A stretch of DNA of 64,000 nucleotides from an uncultured Chloroflexia bacterium (GCA_963825525.1 CAWGTN010000002.1:1600001-1664000), one strand, 5' to 3'. Positions 18,105-28,100 are shown, numbered from the stretch's first letter. Notes: generated by a model from the sequence alone, not told the origin. A program made the numbers and translations.

Positions 18105-18751
18105 GAGTCCCGATCCGCCTGTGCCAGTCGCTCCAGCGCGTGCTCCAGCTTCGATCGCGGCTCGGGGCGCAGCCCCTCCACGTCCGCCAGCTCGGCGGCC
18201 AGCTCGTCGAGGATCGACTCGCCCCCGGTCACGCCGTCATCAAGCTCCACCTCGACGACGAACAGCTCGCCGAGATCGGCGCCGCCGGCCGACATGCGGA
18301 CGCGATCGAGGGTGAGCAGTCCGATGCCTTCACCGCCACGCAGGGCCGCGGATCGCTCGGTCCGCGCCTGGTCGAATCGCAGGACTTCATGAAGCACCTC
18401 ACCGGCGCGCAATTCGTTCAGCAGTTCAAGGGCCTCGCTGTCCGGCCACCGCGCGGGATCGATGACATCGGTGGCCGGCCCCTCCACCTCGGGCCGTCGA
18501 TGGTGCCAGCCGGCGGTCTCACCATCGGGCGGTCCCTTGAGGGAGATCCGGGTGGTTCCCTCACGCGACCGCAGCCTGCAGGCCCAGCGCGCCTTCGCCA
18601 GGTGTCCGGCATCGGTGTCGAGGTAGCGGTCCACCTCGCGCGTCATCCGAGCGGGACCCAGCATTGCCGACCCGAGTGCGGTCCGCGTCGCGAGCACGTG
18701 AAGGGGATGGTCGTCGTCGGCGCGAAACCGAGCCTCGACCTCAGTTCTCAT
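18101..18751 (-). CDS. CYTH domain protein (triphosphate tunnel metalloenzyme)
   Basis: EVEARF (ExExK-like), DRYLDT, CRLR, LTLD, VEVEL and SKLE. Confidence 0.85.
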   Translation of the reverse strand: MRTEVEARFRADDDHPLHVLATRTALGSAMLGPARMTREVDRYLDTDAGHLAKARWACRLRSREGTTRISLKGPPDGETAGWHHRRPEVEGPATDVIDPARWPDSEALELLNELRAGEVLHEVLRFDQARTERSAALRGGEGIGLLTLDRVRMSAGGADLGELFVVEVELDDGVTGGESILDELAAELADVEGLRPEPRSKLEHALERLAQADRDS

Positions 18752-19772
18752 AGCGGGCGGCGGCGCCTCGGACGGCCTGCGCCACCGCTTCTCGAAGTGC
18801 GGTTGGCTCGAGCACCTCGACGCCGTCCCCCCACGACATGATCCAGGGACGGATCTCGACGGTGCCCGCGACCGTGACGGTCAGCTCCACTCCGCCGTCC
18901 GCAAGCTCAACCAGCTCCTGTGATCGATGCCAGACCGCCTCGCGGACGCGGTGGGCCACATCGGCGGAGAAGCGGAGGCGCACCCGCTCCGTCGGCGTCG
19001 AGTCGGACGACCAGATGCCCCACGAGTTCGCCAGCCACGCGTCCGGATCGAAGTCGTCCGGGATCTCGTAGCGGTCCTGGGTGACGGTCGCCGAGCGGAT
19101 GCGCTCGACCTTGTACGTGCGCATCGCGGCGGCCGGCTCGTCCCACCCGATGAGATACACGCTGCGCAGAGCGGCATCCGGCTCCAGGAAGAAGGGGTGC
19201 ACGCGCGTTCGCTTCTCGGTCCCCGTGCCCGGATCGTAGACGAGCTCCACGACCCGGCCCTCCGCCCAACCGCGGGCGACGGCGGCGAAGCTGCGCGTGA
19301 ACGGCTCGTTCGACTCGTGCTCGCCGACCGCCAGCATCGTCGCCGCAACGTGGCGCGCGATCGGCTGAGGCAGCAGGTCGGCCAGCTTGGTGAAGGCACT
19401 GACCACGGCGGCGTCGTACTGATCGCTCCAGCGCGCGATGAGGCGCGCGGCCAGGAACAGGACGATCGCCTCGGGGACCGTGAGCCGCAGCGGCGGCAGA
19501 AAGAACTTGCGATCGATGCCATACCGGCCGCGTCCAGCCTGGAATACCGGGACGCCGAGCTCCTCGTCGAGCGCGTTGATGTCGCGGTACACGGTGCGGG
19601 TCGTCATGCCGGTGAGGCGGGCGATCTCGCTCACGGCCACGCCCGTCTCGCCGCTGCCCTTGCTGTACAGGATCGATGCGACGCTCAGCAGGCGTGCCAG
19701 CCGGTCCCGCTTTCGCCCGACGCGGTCATCGGCACCGTCCTCCCAGCCGTCCCAGGCGTCCGACTCGGTCAT
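18741..19772 (-). CDS. HTH-WYL-WCX transcriptional regulator (PafB/DriD-like)
   Basis: HTH with RTVYRDINAL, WYL domain with VYLIG and RTYKVERI, and WCX with WIMSWGDGVEVLEP..LR. Confidence 0.92.
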   Translation of the reverse strand: MTESDAWDGWEDGADDRVGRKRDRLARLLSVASILYSKGSGETGVAVSEIARLTGMTTRTVYRDINALDEELGVPVFQAGRGRYGIDRKFFLPPLRLTVPEAIVLFLAARLIARWSDQYDAAVVSAFTKLADLLPQPIARHVAATMLAVGEHESNEPFTRSFAAVARGWAEGRVVELVYDPGTGTEKRTRVHPFFLEPDAALRSVYLIGWDEPAAAMRTYKVERIRSATVTQDRYEIPDDFDPDAWLANSWGIWSSDSTPTERVRLRFSADVAHRVREAVWHRSQELVELADGGVELTVTVAGTVEIRPWIMSWGDGVEVLEPTALREAVAQAVRGAAARYEN

Positions 19773-20617
19773 GGCGTGTCACCGATGGCCGCGGGACGAG
19801 CGGGGTCGGACGACCAGTCACTCCAGGATCCCTCGTACAGCAACCCTCCGGTGATGCCGGCCAGCTCGAGCGCCAGCAGATCATGCGTTGCCGAGAGGCC
19901 AGAGCCGCAGTACGCGACCGTCGGCTGATCGCCGGCACCCAGCGCGCGGTAGCGCTCTCGCAGCGCGTCGGGGGACAGGAACCTGCCGTCCGGGCCGAGG
20001 TTGTCCGCCCACGGCGCACTCGTGGCGCCGGGAACATGGCCGGCCCTCGGGTCGATCGGTTCCGTATCACCCCGGTAGCGCTCGGGAGCGCGCGCGTCCA
20101 TCAGCACGGCCCGACCGTCGAGCATGGTGGCAACCTCCGTGGCGTCCACCGTGTCCTTCGCCGCTGCACGAGGCGTCCAGCTGGCCGGAGGGTATGCCGC
20201 CTCTTCCGTCGACAGGGGCAGCCCCGCACCGGTCCAGGCCTGGATGCCCCCGTCGAGCACCGCGCAGTCTCCGTCATGGCCGAAGTGTCGGTAGAGCCAC
20301 CACAGCCGGGCGGCGATGCTGCCGCCGGCATCGTCGTAGGCAACGACCGGGGACCCGTCGCCGATCCCGGAGCGGCCGAGGACCCCCGCCAACTTTGCGG
20401 GGCTCGGGATCGGGTGCCGTCCAGGCCCATCGCCTGGCGAGCTCAGCTCCCGGTCAGCATCCAGGAACACGGCATCGGGCACGTGCCCGTCCGTGTACCG
20501 GTCGCGGCCGGTTGGAGGACTGAGCGACCAGCGGACATCGGCGATCCGAAGATCGGCGTCGGTGAGGTGGTCCGCCAGCCAGTCGACACTGACGAGCGGG
20601 CCGGGCAGGCTCAGCAC
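19769..20617 (-). CDS. Two-domain sulfurtransferase (rhodanese / 3-mercaptopyruvate sulfurtransferase)
   Basis: Motifs GHVPDAVF, GRHPIP, ARLWW, GHVPGA, catalytic YCGSG and LYEGSWSDW. Confidence 0.93.
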   Translation of the reverse strand: MLSLPGPLVSVDWLADHLTDADLRIADVRWSLSPPTGRDRYTDGHVPDAVFLDADRELSSPGDGPGRHPIPSPAKLAGVLGRSGIGDGSPVVAYDDAGGSIAARLWWLYRHFGHDGDCAVLDGGIQAWTGAGLPLSTEEAAYPPASWTPRAAAKDTVDATEVATMLDGRAVLMDARAPERYRGDTEPIDPRAGHVPGATSAPWADNLGPDGRFLSPDALRERYRALGAGDQPTVAYCGSGLSATHDLLALELAGITGGLLYEGSWSDWSSDPARPAAIGDTP

Positions 20618-20646
20618 GCCGTCATGGTACCCGCGGGCCTCGAAAC

Positions 20647-21723
20647 CTACGTCAGGAAGAAGAAGGCGATGGCCAGGATCAGGTAGACGCTGATGAGCTG
20701 GAGACCCTCGACCCAGTTCGACTTGCCATCCAGCGCGATGTAGCCGGCGATGAACACGCCGAGCCCGACGGCGGCGACCTCCAGCGGGGTGAAGACCAGG
20801 GTCAGCGGGTTGCCGACGATGAGCCCGAAGAAGACGAGCACCGGGGCCGCGAACAGCGCGATCTGGGTGGCCGAGCCGATCGAGGTGATGAGACTGAAGT
20901 CCATCTTGTTCTTGTATGCCAGCGTCACGCCGACCACGTGCTCGGCGAGATTGCCGATGACCGGGATGACGATGATGCCGATGAAGAACTCGCTGACGCC
21001 GAGCGACTCGACGGCAGTGTCGAGGGTGTGGACCAGCACTTCGGAGGCGAAGGTCAGCGCCGCAGCCGAGCCCAGGAGCACGCCGAGCGCGACCTTCCAG
21101 CTCCACTCGGCCACCTCCTCCTCACCCTGGTTGGACGTTGGCGACTCGGGTGAGCGGAGGAAGAACCAGGTCTGGGCCGCGTAGGTCACGATCAGCAGGA
21201 TCGCCACCCCGATCGTCAGCGCCTCGATCCGGAAGAACTCCGGGTCGCCCGGCCCGGTGCCCTCGCCGCCGCCGATGAGAAACGCGAACATGGCGGGAAC
21301 GATCAGCCCGATGGTCGCCAGGATGAGCGATGCCGCATTCATGCCGGTCGCCTGCGCGTCGTAGGTCTGGATTCCGTTCTTGATGCCGCCGATCAGGAGG
21401 GACGCACCGAGAACGAGAAGGAGGTTGCCGACGATCGAGCCGGTGATCGACGCATGCACGATCTCGATCTTGCCGTCCATGATCAGGAACGCGGCGATGA
21501 TGATCTCGCCGACGTTGCCGACCGTCGCGTTCATGATGCCGCCGATGCGCGGGCCGGCCGCGATCCCGAGCTGCTCCGTGGCGTGGCCCAGCGTGTAGGC
21601 GAGCCCCAGGATCGTCAGCGCACTGACCGAGAATGTCAGCGTGTCATCGGCCCCGAGCAGTCGCAGTGCCAGGGTGGCGATCGTGCCGCCGATCGACAGG
21701 GTGTAGGCGATCTTGCCGAACAC
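20647..21723 (-). CDS. Ca2+/H+ exchanger (CAX/ChaA family)
   Basis: Alpha repeats NATVGNVGE and IGNLAEH, plus GSATQIALF and SNWVEG. GTG start with GGAGAG RBS. Confidence 0.92.
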   Translation of the reverse strand: MFGKIAYTLSIGGTIATLALRLLGADDTLTFSVSALTILGLAYTLGHATEQLGIAAGPRIGGIMNATVGNVGEIIIAAFLIMDGKIEIVHASITGSIVGNLLLVLGASLLIGGIKNGIQTYDAQATGMNAASLILATIGLIVPAMFAFLIGGGEGTGPGDPEFFRIEALTIGVAILLIVTYAAQTWFFLRSPESPTSNQGEEEVAEWSWKVALGVLLGSAAALTFASEVLVHTLDTAVESLGVSEFFIGIIVIPVIGNLAEHVVGVTLAYKNKMDFSLITSIGSATQIALFAAPVLVFFGLIVGNPLTLVFTPLEVAAVGLGVFIAGYIALDGKSNWVEGLQLISVYLILAIAFFFLT

Positions 21724-21737
21724 GTGCGTTCTCTCCG

Positions 21738-23024
21738 TTATCCGCGCATTTCCTGGAGGGCCCGGTCGACCGTGGCCATGACTCGCTGTCGATCGCTCTC
21801 GACGACGACTTCGGCCGCTGACTCCCGAATGAGATCGATCTGCTGGCGGAGCGCAGCATGGCGCTTCGCCGGGACTGCCGTCGCGATCGTCTGCAGGGTT
21901 GATGCCAGCGCAATCAGGACGTCGGGGCTGGCCGCTCCGTACTGGCACAGCTGATCGAACGCGAGCCGCACCAGGTCGTCCCAGTCGTCATGAGGCACCA
22001 CCAGCCGCACGGTTCCATCGTCGTCCGCGAAGACGCGTCGCGGATGGTGGCGCCGCCCGGATGCGACCAGGATCTGGCCCAGGCGCACGATGCAGTCGGT
22101 GGCAGATGTGGGGTCGTTGATCCCGGGCGAGATCGCCTTGAGTCCCACGTCGACGAGCTGCCGAATGCCGAACGCCGCGTCCTGCTCGATCGAGCGCTGT
22201 GCCCCGAGGGACACCTGGCGCAGCAGGCGGTCGCGCAGCGCGCCCTCTGCAGCGCTGGCGGGCCAGACCGCGAAGAGTGGAGCATCCTCCTGCACCCACG
22301 AACCGAGCATCACCTCGACCCGGATAACGATCAGATGCTCCGTGGCGACCTCGTGCAGCTGCCCGAAGTCCATCAGCTGGAGATAGCCGCTGCCGTTGGC
22401 CGTCACCTTGCCCGGCTCATCCTCGGGAAGTCCGGCGGGGCCGGCGTTCTCATCGACCTCCGTCCATTCCGAGCGGACCTGCTCCGTGGTCTCGTCGGCG
22501 ATCTTGCCCACGATCGAGGAGAGCTGGATCCGGCTCGCGATGTGATGGATGAAGTACACGAACATGCCGAGTGCCACCAGTGAGAATGCGATGCCCACGC
22601 TCACCGCCACCGACGGCACAAAGGCGGCGATGCCGTCCTGCTCCGAACGGATGGAGCGCAGGACCAGGATCGAGTAGGTGAACGCGCCGATGAACGCGCC
22701 GAGCACGACCTGGCTGCTGCGATCGCTCATGAAGTTGCGGAGGACGCGCGGCGAGAGCTGCGACGAGGCGAGCTGCAGGGCCACGATCGTGATCGAGAAC
22801 GTCACCCCGGCCACCGTGATCATCGATCCGGCGATCGACGAGAGGAGCCCGCGCGCACCCTCCGCCCCGCCGCCGAACACGAGGGGGAAGCTCGCCGCGA
22901 ACTCCGGGGTGCGGCGGTCGATCGTGATCATTCCGAAGGCGAGGATGGCGCTTGCGATCACCCACAGGGACGGGATGAACCACAGGCTGTCGCGGACGGT
23001 CGTCCAGTACTTGCGGAGCGGCAT
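21738..23024 (-). CDS. DUF2254 family membrane protein
   Basis: Motifs SLWFIP, LQLASSQLSPRVLRNF, YFIHHIA and KAISPGINDPT. Confidence 0.88.
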   Translation of the reverse strand: MPLRKYWTTVRDSLWFIPSLWVIASAILAFGMITIDRRTPEFAASFPLVFGGGAEGARGLLSSIAGSMITVAGVTFSITIVALQLASSQLSPRVLRNFMSDRSSQVVLGAFIGAFTYSILVLRSIRSEQDGIAAFVPSVAVSVGIAFSLVALGMFVYFIHHIASRIQLSSIVGKIADETTEQVRSEWTEVDENAGPAGLPEDEPGKVTANGSGYLQLMDFGQLHEVATEHLIVIRVEVMLGSWVQEDAPLFAVWPASAAEGALRDRLLRQVSLGAQRSIEQDAAFGIRQLVDVGLKAISPGINDPTSATDCIVRLGQILVASGRRHHPRRVFADDDGTVRLVVPHDDWDDLVRLAFDQLCQYGAASPDVLIALASTLQTIATAVPAKRHAALRQQIDLIRESAAEVVVESDRQRVMATVDRALQEMRG

Positions 23025-23077
23025 GCGTCACCATACGCACAAACCCGACCAGCCGCGTGTCCGTCGAGGCGCTTGCC

Positions 23078-23827
23078 TCAGCCGCCCGATGCACCCGGAC
23101 TGGAACTGGGTGCGTCCGAGCCAGACGACGCCGGCCCGCTAGGGGCCGGGGAGGGCGTCGGTGCGGGCTCGCCGGGCAGCTCCTGGATCAGGGCTCGGTT
23201 GACCGCGTCATCGACGCCGATCAGGAGGAAGACGATGTCGCCGCTTGACCACGTATAGATGTGGGTGCCCGCCGCAGTCGCATTGTCCTCGGGGCGGACC
23301 CACACCAGGTTTCCCGCAACCTCGCCCGGCTCCCATGGCTCCGGATCGAGGCCGGCGATCCCGACATAGCGGCCGGCCGTGGCAAGGTACGGTTCGAGCT
23401 CGTCGGTCGCGACCGGGTCGCCGTTGACCCGCATCGCGTAGAGCGTCAGGCGCGGCTGCTCGATGTAGGCCAGGGCGAGGGACGCGAAGCGGTTTCCGAG
23501 GTCGCCGTAGGCGAGCCCGATATCCCCCGGAGTGAGCGCGAACTCGTCGAACGGGGCGACCACCACCGGGAGGCCGGCCACCTCGGTCGGGATCAGTGCT
23601 GCGAGCGCAGCGTCAGGCTCATTCGTGAATCGTGGCGTCGGTGCCGGCGTGGGCGTCGGGCTGGGGGTGGGCTGCGGTGATGCCGAAATGGATGCGGTTG
23701 CCGGGAGCTGCGTCGCGCTGGCCGGCGGGATCGTCTCCGCCGTCGAGCATGCCGACACCAGGGCGGTTGCGAGCAGGCTGGCCACCGCCCCGCGCAGGCG
23801 CAGCGAAGCGAGGCGGGAGGACGTCAT
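23078..23827 (-). CDS. Putative lipoprotein
   Basis: Lipobox LVSAC, with Pro/Thr/Ser-rich linkers at both ends. Confidence 0.7.
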   Translation of the reverse strand: MTSSRLASLRLRGAVASLLATALVSACSTAETIPPASATQLPATASISASPQPTPSPTPTPAPTPRFTNEPDAALAALIPTEVAGLPVVVAPFDEFALTPGDIGLAYGDLGNRFASLALAYIEQPRLTLYAMRVNGDPVATDELEPYLATAGRYVGIAGLDPEPWEPGEVAGNLVWVRPEDNATAAGTHIYTWSSGDIVFLLIGVDDAVNRALIQELPGEPAPTPSPAPSGPASSGSDAPSSSPGASGG

Positions 23828-23859
23828 CGGGCCGGCATGATACCCGACGGCCGCCCGGC

Positions 23860-26800
23860 TCAGGCCGCTCCGCGCGCCTCGGCCTTGCGATCGACGGCTC
23901 GGCGACGCCGGCCGGCGTCCGGATGCTCATCGACCGTCGCTGCCAGGGCATTCAGCACGTCTGTGCGGAATGTGGCGGGATGACGGCGGAGCGCGGCCAT
24001 CGCGTCCGAGCGTCCCAGGCCGCCGGCCACCGAGAGCTCGTCGTAGACATTCGCGATCGCCACGACATGCAGTGAGGCCGGGCCGCGCGCACGCCCAGCT
24101 CGGCGGGTACGTCGAGCGCCATCGGCGATCAGCCCACGACATCCCGCCACGAGCTTGGCCGTGCCGTGCAGCGACGTTATGGCCGACAGCTCGGCGAGCG
24201 AGCGATCGTCGAGCGCGTGGAGGCGTCCGGCGAGCTCGGTCGCGTGCTGTTCTTCGACCGAGAGTCCGACCTGGGCCGCGATGCGTGCGGCAAGCCGCCC
24301 GACCCGGTCCGCGTGACCGTCGTCGGCGGGAGTCGTCACGCCGGACAGCGCCCGCGTCACGGCCAGGACCGCGTCACGGACCGCGTCGGGTTCCTCGTGG
24401 TAGGCGCCGGACAGCTGCGTGGCCCGCTCCATCAGGTGCTCGACGGCGAGTGGGTCCTCGCCGTCACGCAGGGCCGCACTGGCGAGGTCTTCCAGGGTTC
24501 CGCGCAGATCGACGACGTCACGTGGCAGCTGATCGCTTCGAACCACCCGGTCCTCGCCGGCACGCTTGCCGAAGTAGAGCGCCACGTCGGCGGCCTCGAT
24601 GAGACTTGCGCGATCCGTCGCGCTGTCCGGCATGCCGGCAACACCGATCGTGATGGTCACCGGGTTGGGTCCGTCGGCCGTGAGGGCGTCCACGGACGCG
24701 CGAATCCGCTCGGCCACTCGCTCGGCCTCCGAGACGGTGGCACCGGGCAGGATGAGAGCGAACTCGTCGCCGCCATAGCGAAAGACCCGGTCCTCGCTGC
24801 GCGCCGCCCCATAGATCGAGGTTGCGACCTCGTACAGCAGCGCGTCGCCGGCCGGGTGCCCGTGGCGGTCGTTGTAGGACTTGAAGGCGTCGAGGTCCAT
24901 CATGAGCACGGCGAGTCGTGCATCGGTCTCCGACGTCGGGCCGCCGGACACGAGCTCATCGATGAGACGCCCAAGCTCCAGCTGGAATGCCCCGTGGTTG
25001 CCGAGGCCGGTCAGCGCATCGGTCTCGGCTCGCTGGCTGATCGCCTGGTGACGGTCCGCGTTGCGCAGGGCGATCGAGGCCTGCGCGGAGAACAGCTGGA
25101 TCACCTCGAAGTCGCTCTCGGTGAAGTGCACCTCCGAGGAGCCGATGCGGGAGATGTTGAGGGCGCCCAGCACCTCGCCGTCCACGATGAGCGGTACGAC
25201 CACCACGGCCTCCGGTTCGTCCGGAGTGCCGGGGATCTGGAGGGCTCGCGGGTCGCTCAGCGCGTCGTTGGCCAGGATCGGCTGAGCGTGCTCGACCGCC
25301 CAGCCCATGAGGCCCCTGCCGAACGGGATCATGTAGCGGCTGACCTGCTCGGCATGGAGCTCGCGTGCCAGGACGGGGACCATGGCGCCCTGAGCGTTGT
25401 CGGTGCGGTAGATGGAGAGGTTGTCGTAGGCGACCACCTCCCGGAGAGCGTCGGCGATCGTCTCGAGCACGTCTGCCTGCTCGAGGCTGCCGAGCAGGCG
25501 AGCGTTGGTTTCGAGCAGGTGGCGCTGCGACTCTGACCGGCGCGCGAGCTCCATGGACTGCGTCACCAGCTTTCCATAGGTTGTCGCGTTTGCCATCGCC
25601 TGGGCCGCGTAGCCGGCGAAGATGCTCATCGTCTGCAGGTCGCCGGTCGTGAAGCGGTTGTACCCCAGCTGGCTCAGGACGATGACGCCGATGGTTCGAC
25701 CCTCGTACAGCATCGGGACCACGAGCATCGATTCCGGAACGTCCTCCGTACCGTCGATCGTCTTGCCGCGCTCGTCGTCCATGGCGTCGTTGATGAGCAG
25801 GGGCTCCCCGTGCTCCGCCACCCAGCCGGTGAACCCCTCGCCGATCTCCACCTTGAGCAGCTCCACGGCGTTCTCGGGATCCCCTTCGAGCATCTCGCGG
25901 GTGAACGCGATGGGATCGCACATGCTTCGATCCCAGTCGACCTGGTAGATCCGGATGTCGTGGTAGTCGGCCAGGGTGCTGGCCTCCGCGACGATCGCCT
26001 CGCCGATGGCCCGGACGTCGGTCAGGCGGTTGAGTCGTGCCGAGAGGTCCTGGATCGAGCGCATGCGAGCGGCCTGGTCGGCAACCGACCGATACAGCCG
26101 CGCGTTCTGGAGTGCCACCGCCGCCTGGTCCGCAAACGCCTGGAGCAGCGCGACCTCGTCCTCGGGCCACGGGCGATCGGCGCGGTGATAGAGGCCGATG
26201 ATGCCCACGGCGCGATCGCTGGCGACCAGCGGGACGAGGCATGCGGTTCGGATGCCCTCGGCCGCGTAGACCTCGCCCATCACACCAACAGCGGGATCGC
26301 TGTCCGCGTTTCGCACCCAGTTGGACTTGCGCTCGCGGATGGCTCGCGTCCCGACGGTATTCGCGTCGGTCGACAACGTCCTCACCTTGGCCAGGAACGC
26401 CTCGCTGAGGTTGTGGTGCGCGGCAACCTGGTACGGGTGCTCGGTGTCGTCCACGATCCAGAGTCCGGCCTTATCCGCCTCGAACAGCGTCCGGGTGAGC
26501 TCGACCACGCCTCCGAGCAGCGCGGCGAGGTCGAGGGTCCCGGTGAGCTCCTTGGTGACGGACCGGAGCGCGCGGGCTCGACGAACCTCGCGCCGCGCGT
26601 GGACGATGAGCCGAGAGCTTGCCAGCGAGGTTCCGGCCATGGTCGCGAGTGCCCTCGAGAAGGCATCGGACATCCGCTCGCTCGACGTCCGGTCGATCAC
26701 GAGCACGCCGACCATGCCCTTCCTCGTGCGCAGGCCGATGACGCGGTCATGGACGGAGTCGCCGGCGTCGTCGTCAGCCCAGGTGGACGGGGGCGGGTCG

Positions 26801-27204
26801 GTGAATCCGGCGTGCGCCACCAGCTCGTTCACGTTCTCGGTGCGGAGGTACACCGCGGCGCGATTCACCTGGATCTCGGTGCGCAGCGCCTCGACCAGGG
26901 CTCGCGCCACCGACCCGGGGGCCGGTGATGCGGCGAGTCCGCTGGCGACCCGTTCGATGACGGCAAGCTCGGGATCGCGCGCGGGTCGATCGATCCCCCG
27001 TGACTCGGGCTCGATCGCGGGCGCGTCCTCGACCAGGAGGCGCTCCACGTCATCGTGTCGGAAGCGCCGATCCCCTCGCGAGTTGATGCGGTACGCCGTC
27101 AGGCGCCCGGCATCAGTCCAGGCGCGAACCGTGTTGGGGTGCACGCCGAGCAGGGATGCCGCCTGGGCCACGCTGAGCAATGCGTGCCGTCCGTCTGCCG
27201 CCAT
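23860..27204 (-). CDS. Diguanylate cyclase: BldC/MerR-like HTH, multiple GAF domains, GGDEF and degenerate HD-GYP
   Basis: N-terminal LLSVAQAASLLGVHPNTVRAW...GDRRF and 3-4 GAF repeats. DALTGLGN, DLDAFKSYNDRHGHPAGD, I-site RSED and RYGGDEF. C-terminal GHADRV...GRLHAL. Confidence 0.9.
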   Translation of the reverse strand: MAADGRHALLSVAQAASLLGVHPNTVRAWTDAGRLTAYRINSRGDRRFRHDDVERLLVEDAPAIEPESRGIDRPARDPELAVIERVASGLAASPAPGSVARALVEALRTEIQVNRAAVYLRTENVNELVAHAGFTDPPPSTWADDDAGDSVHDRVIGLRTRKGMVGVLVIDRTSSERMSDAFSRALATMAGTSLASSRLIVHARREVRRARALRSVTKELTGTLDLAALLGGVVELTRTLFEADKAGLWIVDDTEHPYQVAAHHNLSEAFLAKVRTLSTDANTVGTRAIRERKSNWVRNADSDPAVGVMGEVYAAEGIRTACLVPLVASDRAVGIIGLYHRADRPWPEDEVALLQAFADQAAVALQNARLYRSVADQAARMRSIQDLSARLNRLTDVRAIGEAIVAEASTLADYHDIRIYQVDWDRSMCDPIAFTREMLEGDPENAVELLKVEIGEGFTGWVAEHGEPLLINDAMDDERGKTIDGTEDVPESMLVVPMLYEGRTIGVIVLSQLGYNRFTTGDLQTMSIFAGYAAQAMANATTYGKLVTQSMELARRSESQRHLLETNARLLGSLEQADVLETIADALREVVAYDNLSIYRTDNAQGAMVPVLARELHAEQVSRYMIPFGRGLMGWAVEHAQPILANDALSDPRALQIPGTPDEPEAVVVVPLIVDGEVLGALNISRIGSSEVHFTESDFEVIQLFSAQASIALRNADRHQAISQRAETDALTGLGNHGAFQLELGRLIDELVSGGPTSETDARLAVLMMDLDAFKSYNDRHGHPAGDALLYEVATSIYGAARSEDRVFRYGGDEFALILPGATVSEAERVAERIRASVDALTADGPNPVTITIGVAGMPDSATDRASLIEAADVALYFGKRAGEDRVVRSDQLPRDVVDLRGTLEDLASAALRDGEDPLAVEHLMERATQLSGAYHEEPDAVRDAVLAVTRALSGVTTPADDGHADRVGRLAARIAAQVGLSVEEQHATELAGRLHALDDRSLAELSAITSLHGTAKLVAGCRGLIADGARRTRRAGRARGPASLHVVAIANVYDELSVAGGLGRSDAMAALRRHPATFRTDVLNALAATVDEHPDAGRRRRAVDRKAEARGAA

Positions 27205-27347
27205 TCGCGCTCCCGATTTCGGTGACGCTGCCCATCTCCATTGGTCCGAATGGAGCTTTCGGTAGGTCCCGTGCATCGGATGCTAGAAACGGGAGGTGCG
27301 TCCTGCGATCCACCGTTCGTACCAACCGAGGCCGTACCGATTGATGG

Positions 27348-28097
27348 TCAGCCGGCCAACATTGCGCTCAGGAATGCCCCGATGCCCCCGATCGCCAACA
27401 GGGCGATGGACAGGCCGAGGCCGATGATCGAGGCCGATACGAGTCGGCGACGCGGTCCCCCGAGCAGGCGCATGGCGGCGTCGAGCTCGAGGTTCGTCAC
27501 GAGGTAGCCGCCATCGGGCGGGACGAGGTCCGGTCGACCGCGGTCGTCTCGCTCGACCCGCGCCAGCACCAGGAGGCGGTCGGTGACGTTGAGGGACCGG
27601 GTGATGGCGCGGGCCTCGGTCAGGTTGCCGTGCCGCTCGGCGATGCGAGCCGCCGCGGTCGCGTGCGGCTCCTCGAGGGCATCAGGCGAACCGCGCCACA
27701 CCTGCGGAATGACGATCAGCGGCTCGGCGGCGCTCGCCGGATCCAACGGGAGCGACCCGTCGTGGTCCCACAGCTCGAACGATCGAGTCTCGCGCAGCCG
27801 CTCGACGCTGCGCCACGATCCGCCGGCAAGGACTTCCACATCCCGATGAAAGGCGACCAGGCGCTCGCCACCGCCCATCTCGAGCGGTTCGCTGCACCGG
27901 ATGCGGCCGGCCACCCGAACCGGCCGATCGTGCACCTGGCCGTCGCCGAACAGCTGTCCGACCTTCACGCCGGCCGGCCCGGCCAACCTCCGCGCCAGGC
28001 CGCCCTGGGCGCCGGTCCCGCGCAGCAGGAGGATCGAGATCACGGCGAGCACGACGCCGGACGCGACCATGGCCGCAAATGCGGCGCCCAGGGGCAT
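27348..28097 (-). CDS. Membrane protein with a GIDE-like soluble domain between TM helices
   Basis: N- and C-terminal TM helices. VRVAGRIRC..PL and FELWDHDG...DP resemble the GIDE domain (tentative). Confidence 0.6.
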   Translation of the reverse strand: MPLGAAFAAMVASGVVLAVISILLLRGTGAQGGLARRLAGPAGVKVGQLFGDGQVHDRPVRVAGRIRCSEPLEMGGGERLVAFHRDVEVLAGGSWRSVERLRETRSFELWDHDGSLPLDPASAAEPLIVIPQVWRGSPDALEEPHATAAARIAERHGNLTEARAITRSLNVTDRLLVLARVERDDRGRPDLVPPDGGYLVTNLELDAAMRLLGGPRRRLVSASIIGLGLSIALLAIGGIGAFLSAMLAG

Positions 28098-28100
28098 TCG

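Noticed and set aside
18741-19772. WYL gene as a marker of an anti-phage defence island
   Set aside because: The flanking genes are housekeeping or membrane functions, with no RM, BREX, CBASS or Cas components.
27040-27204. Excisionase-like HTH as a prophage or ICE remnant
   Set aside because: It is fused in frame to the GAF-GGDEF protein, and no phage or integrase genes are nearby.
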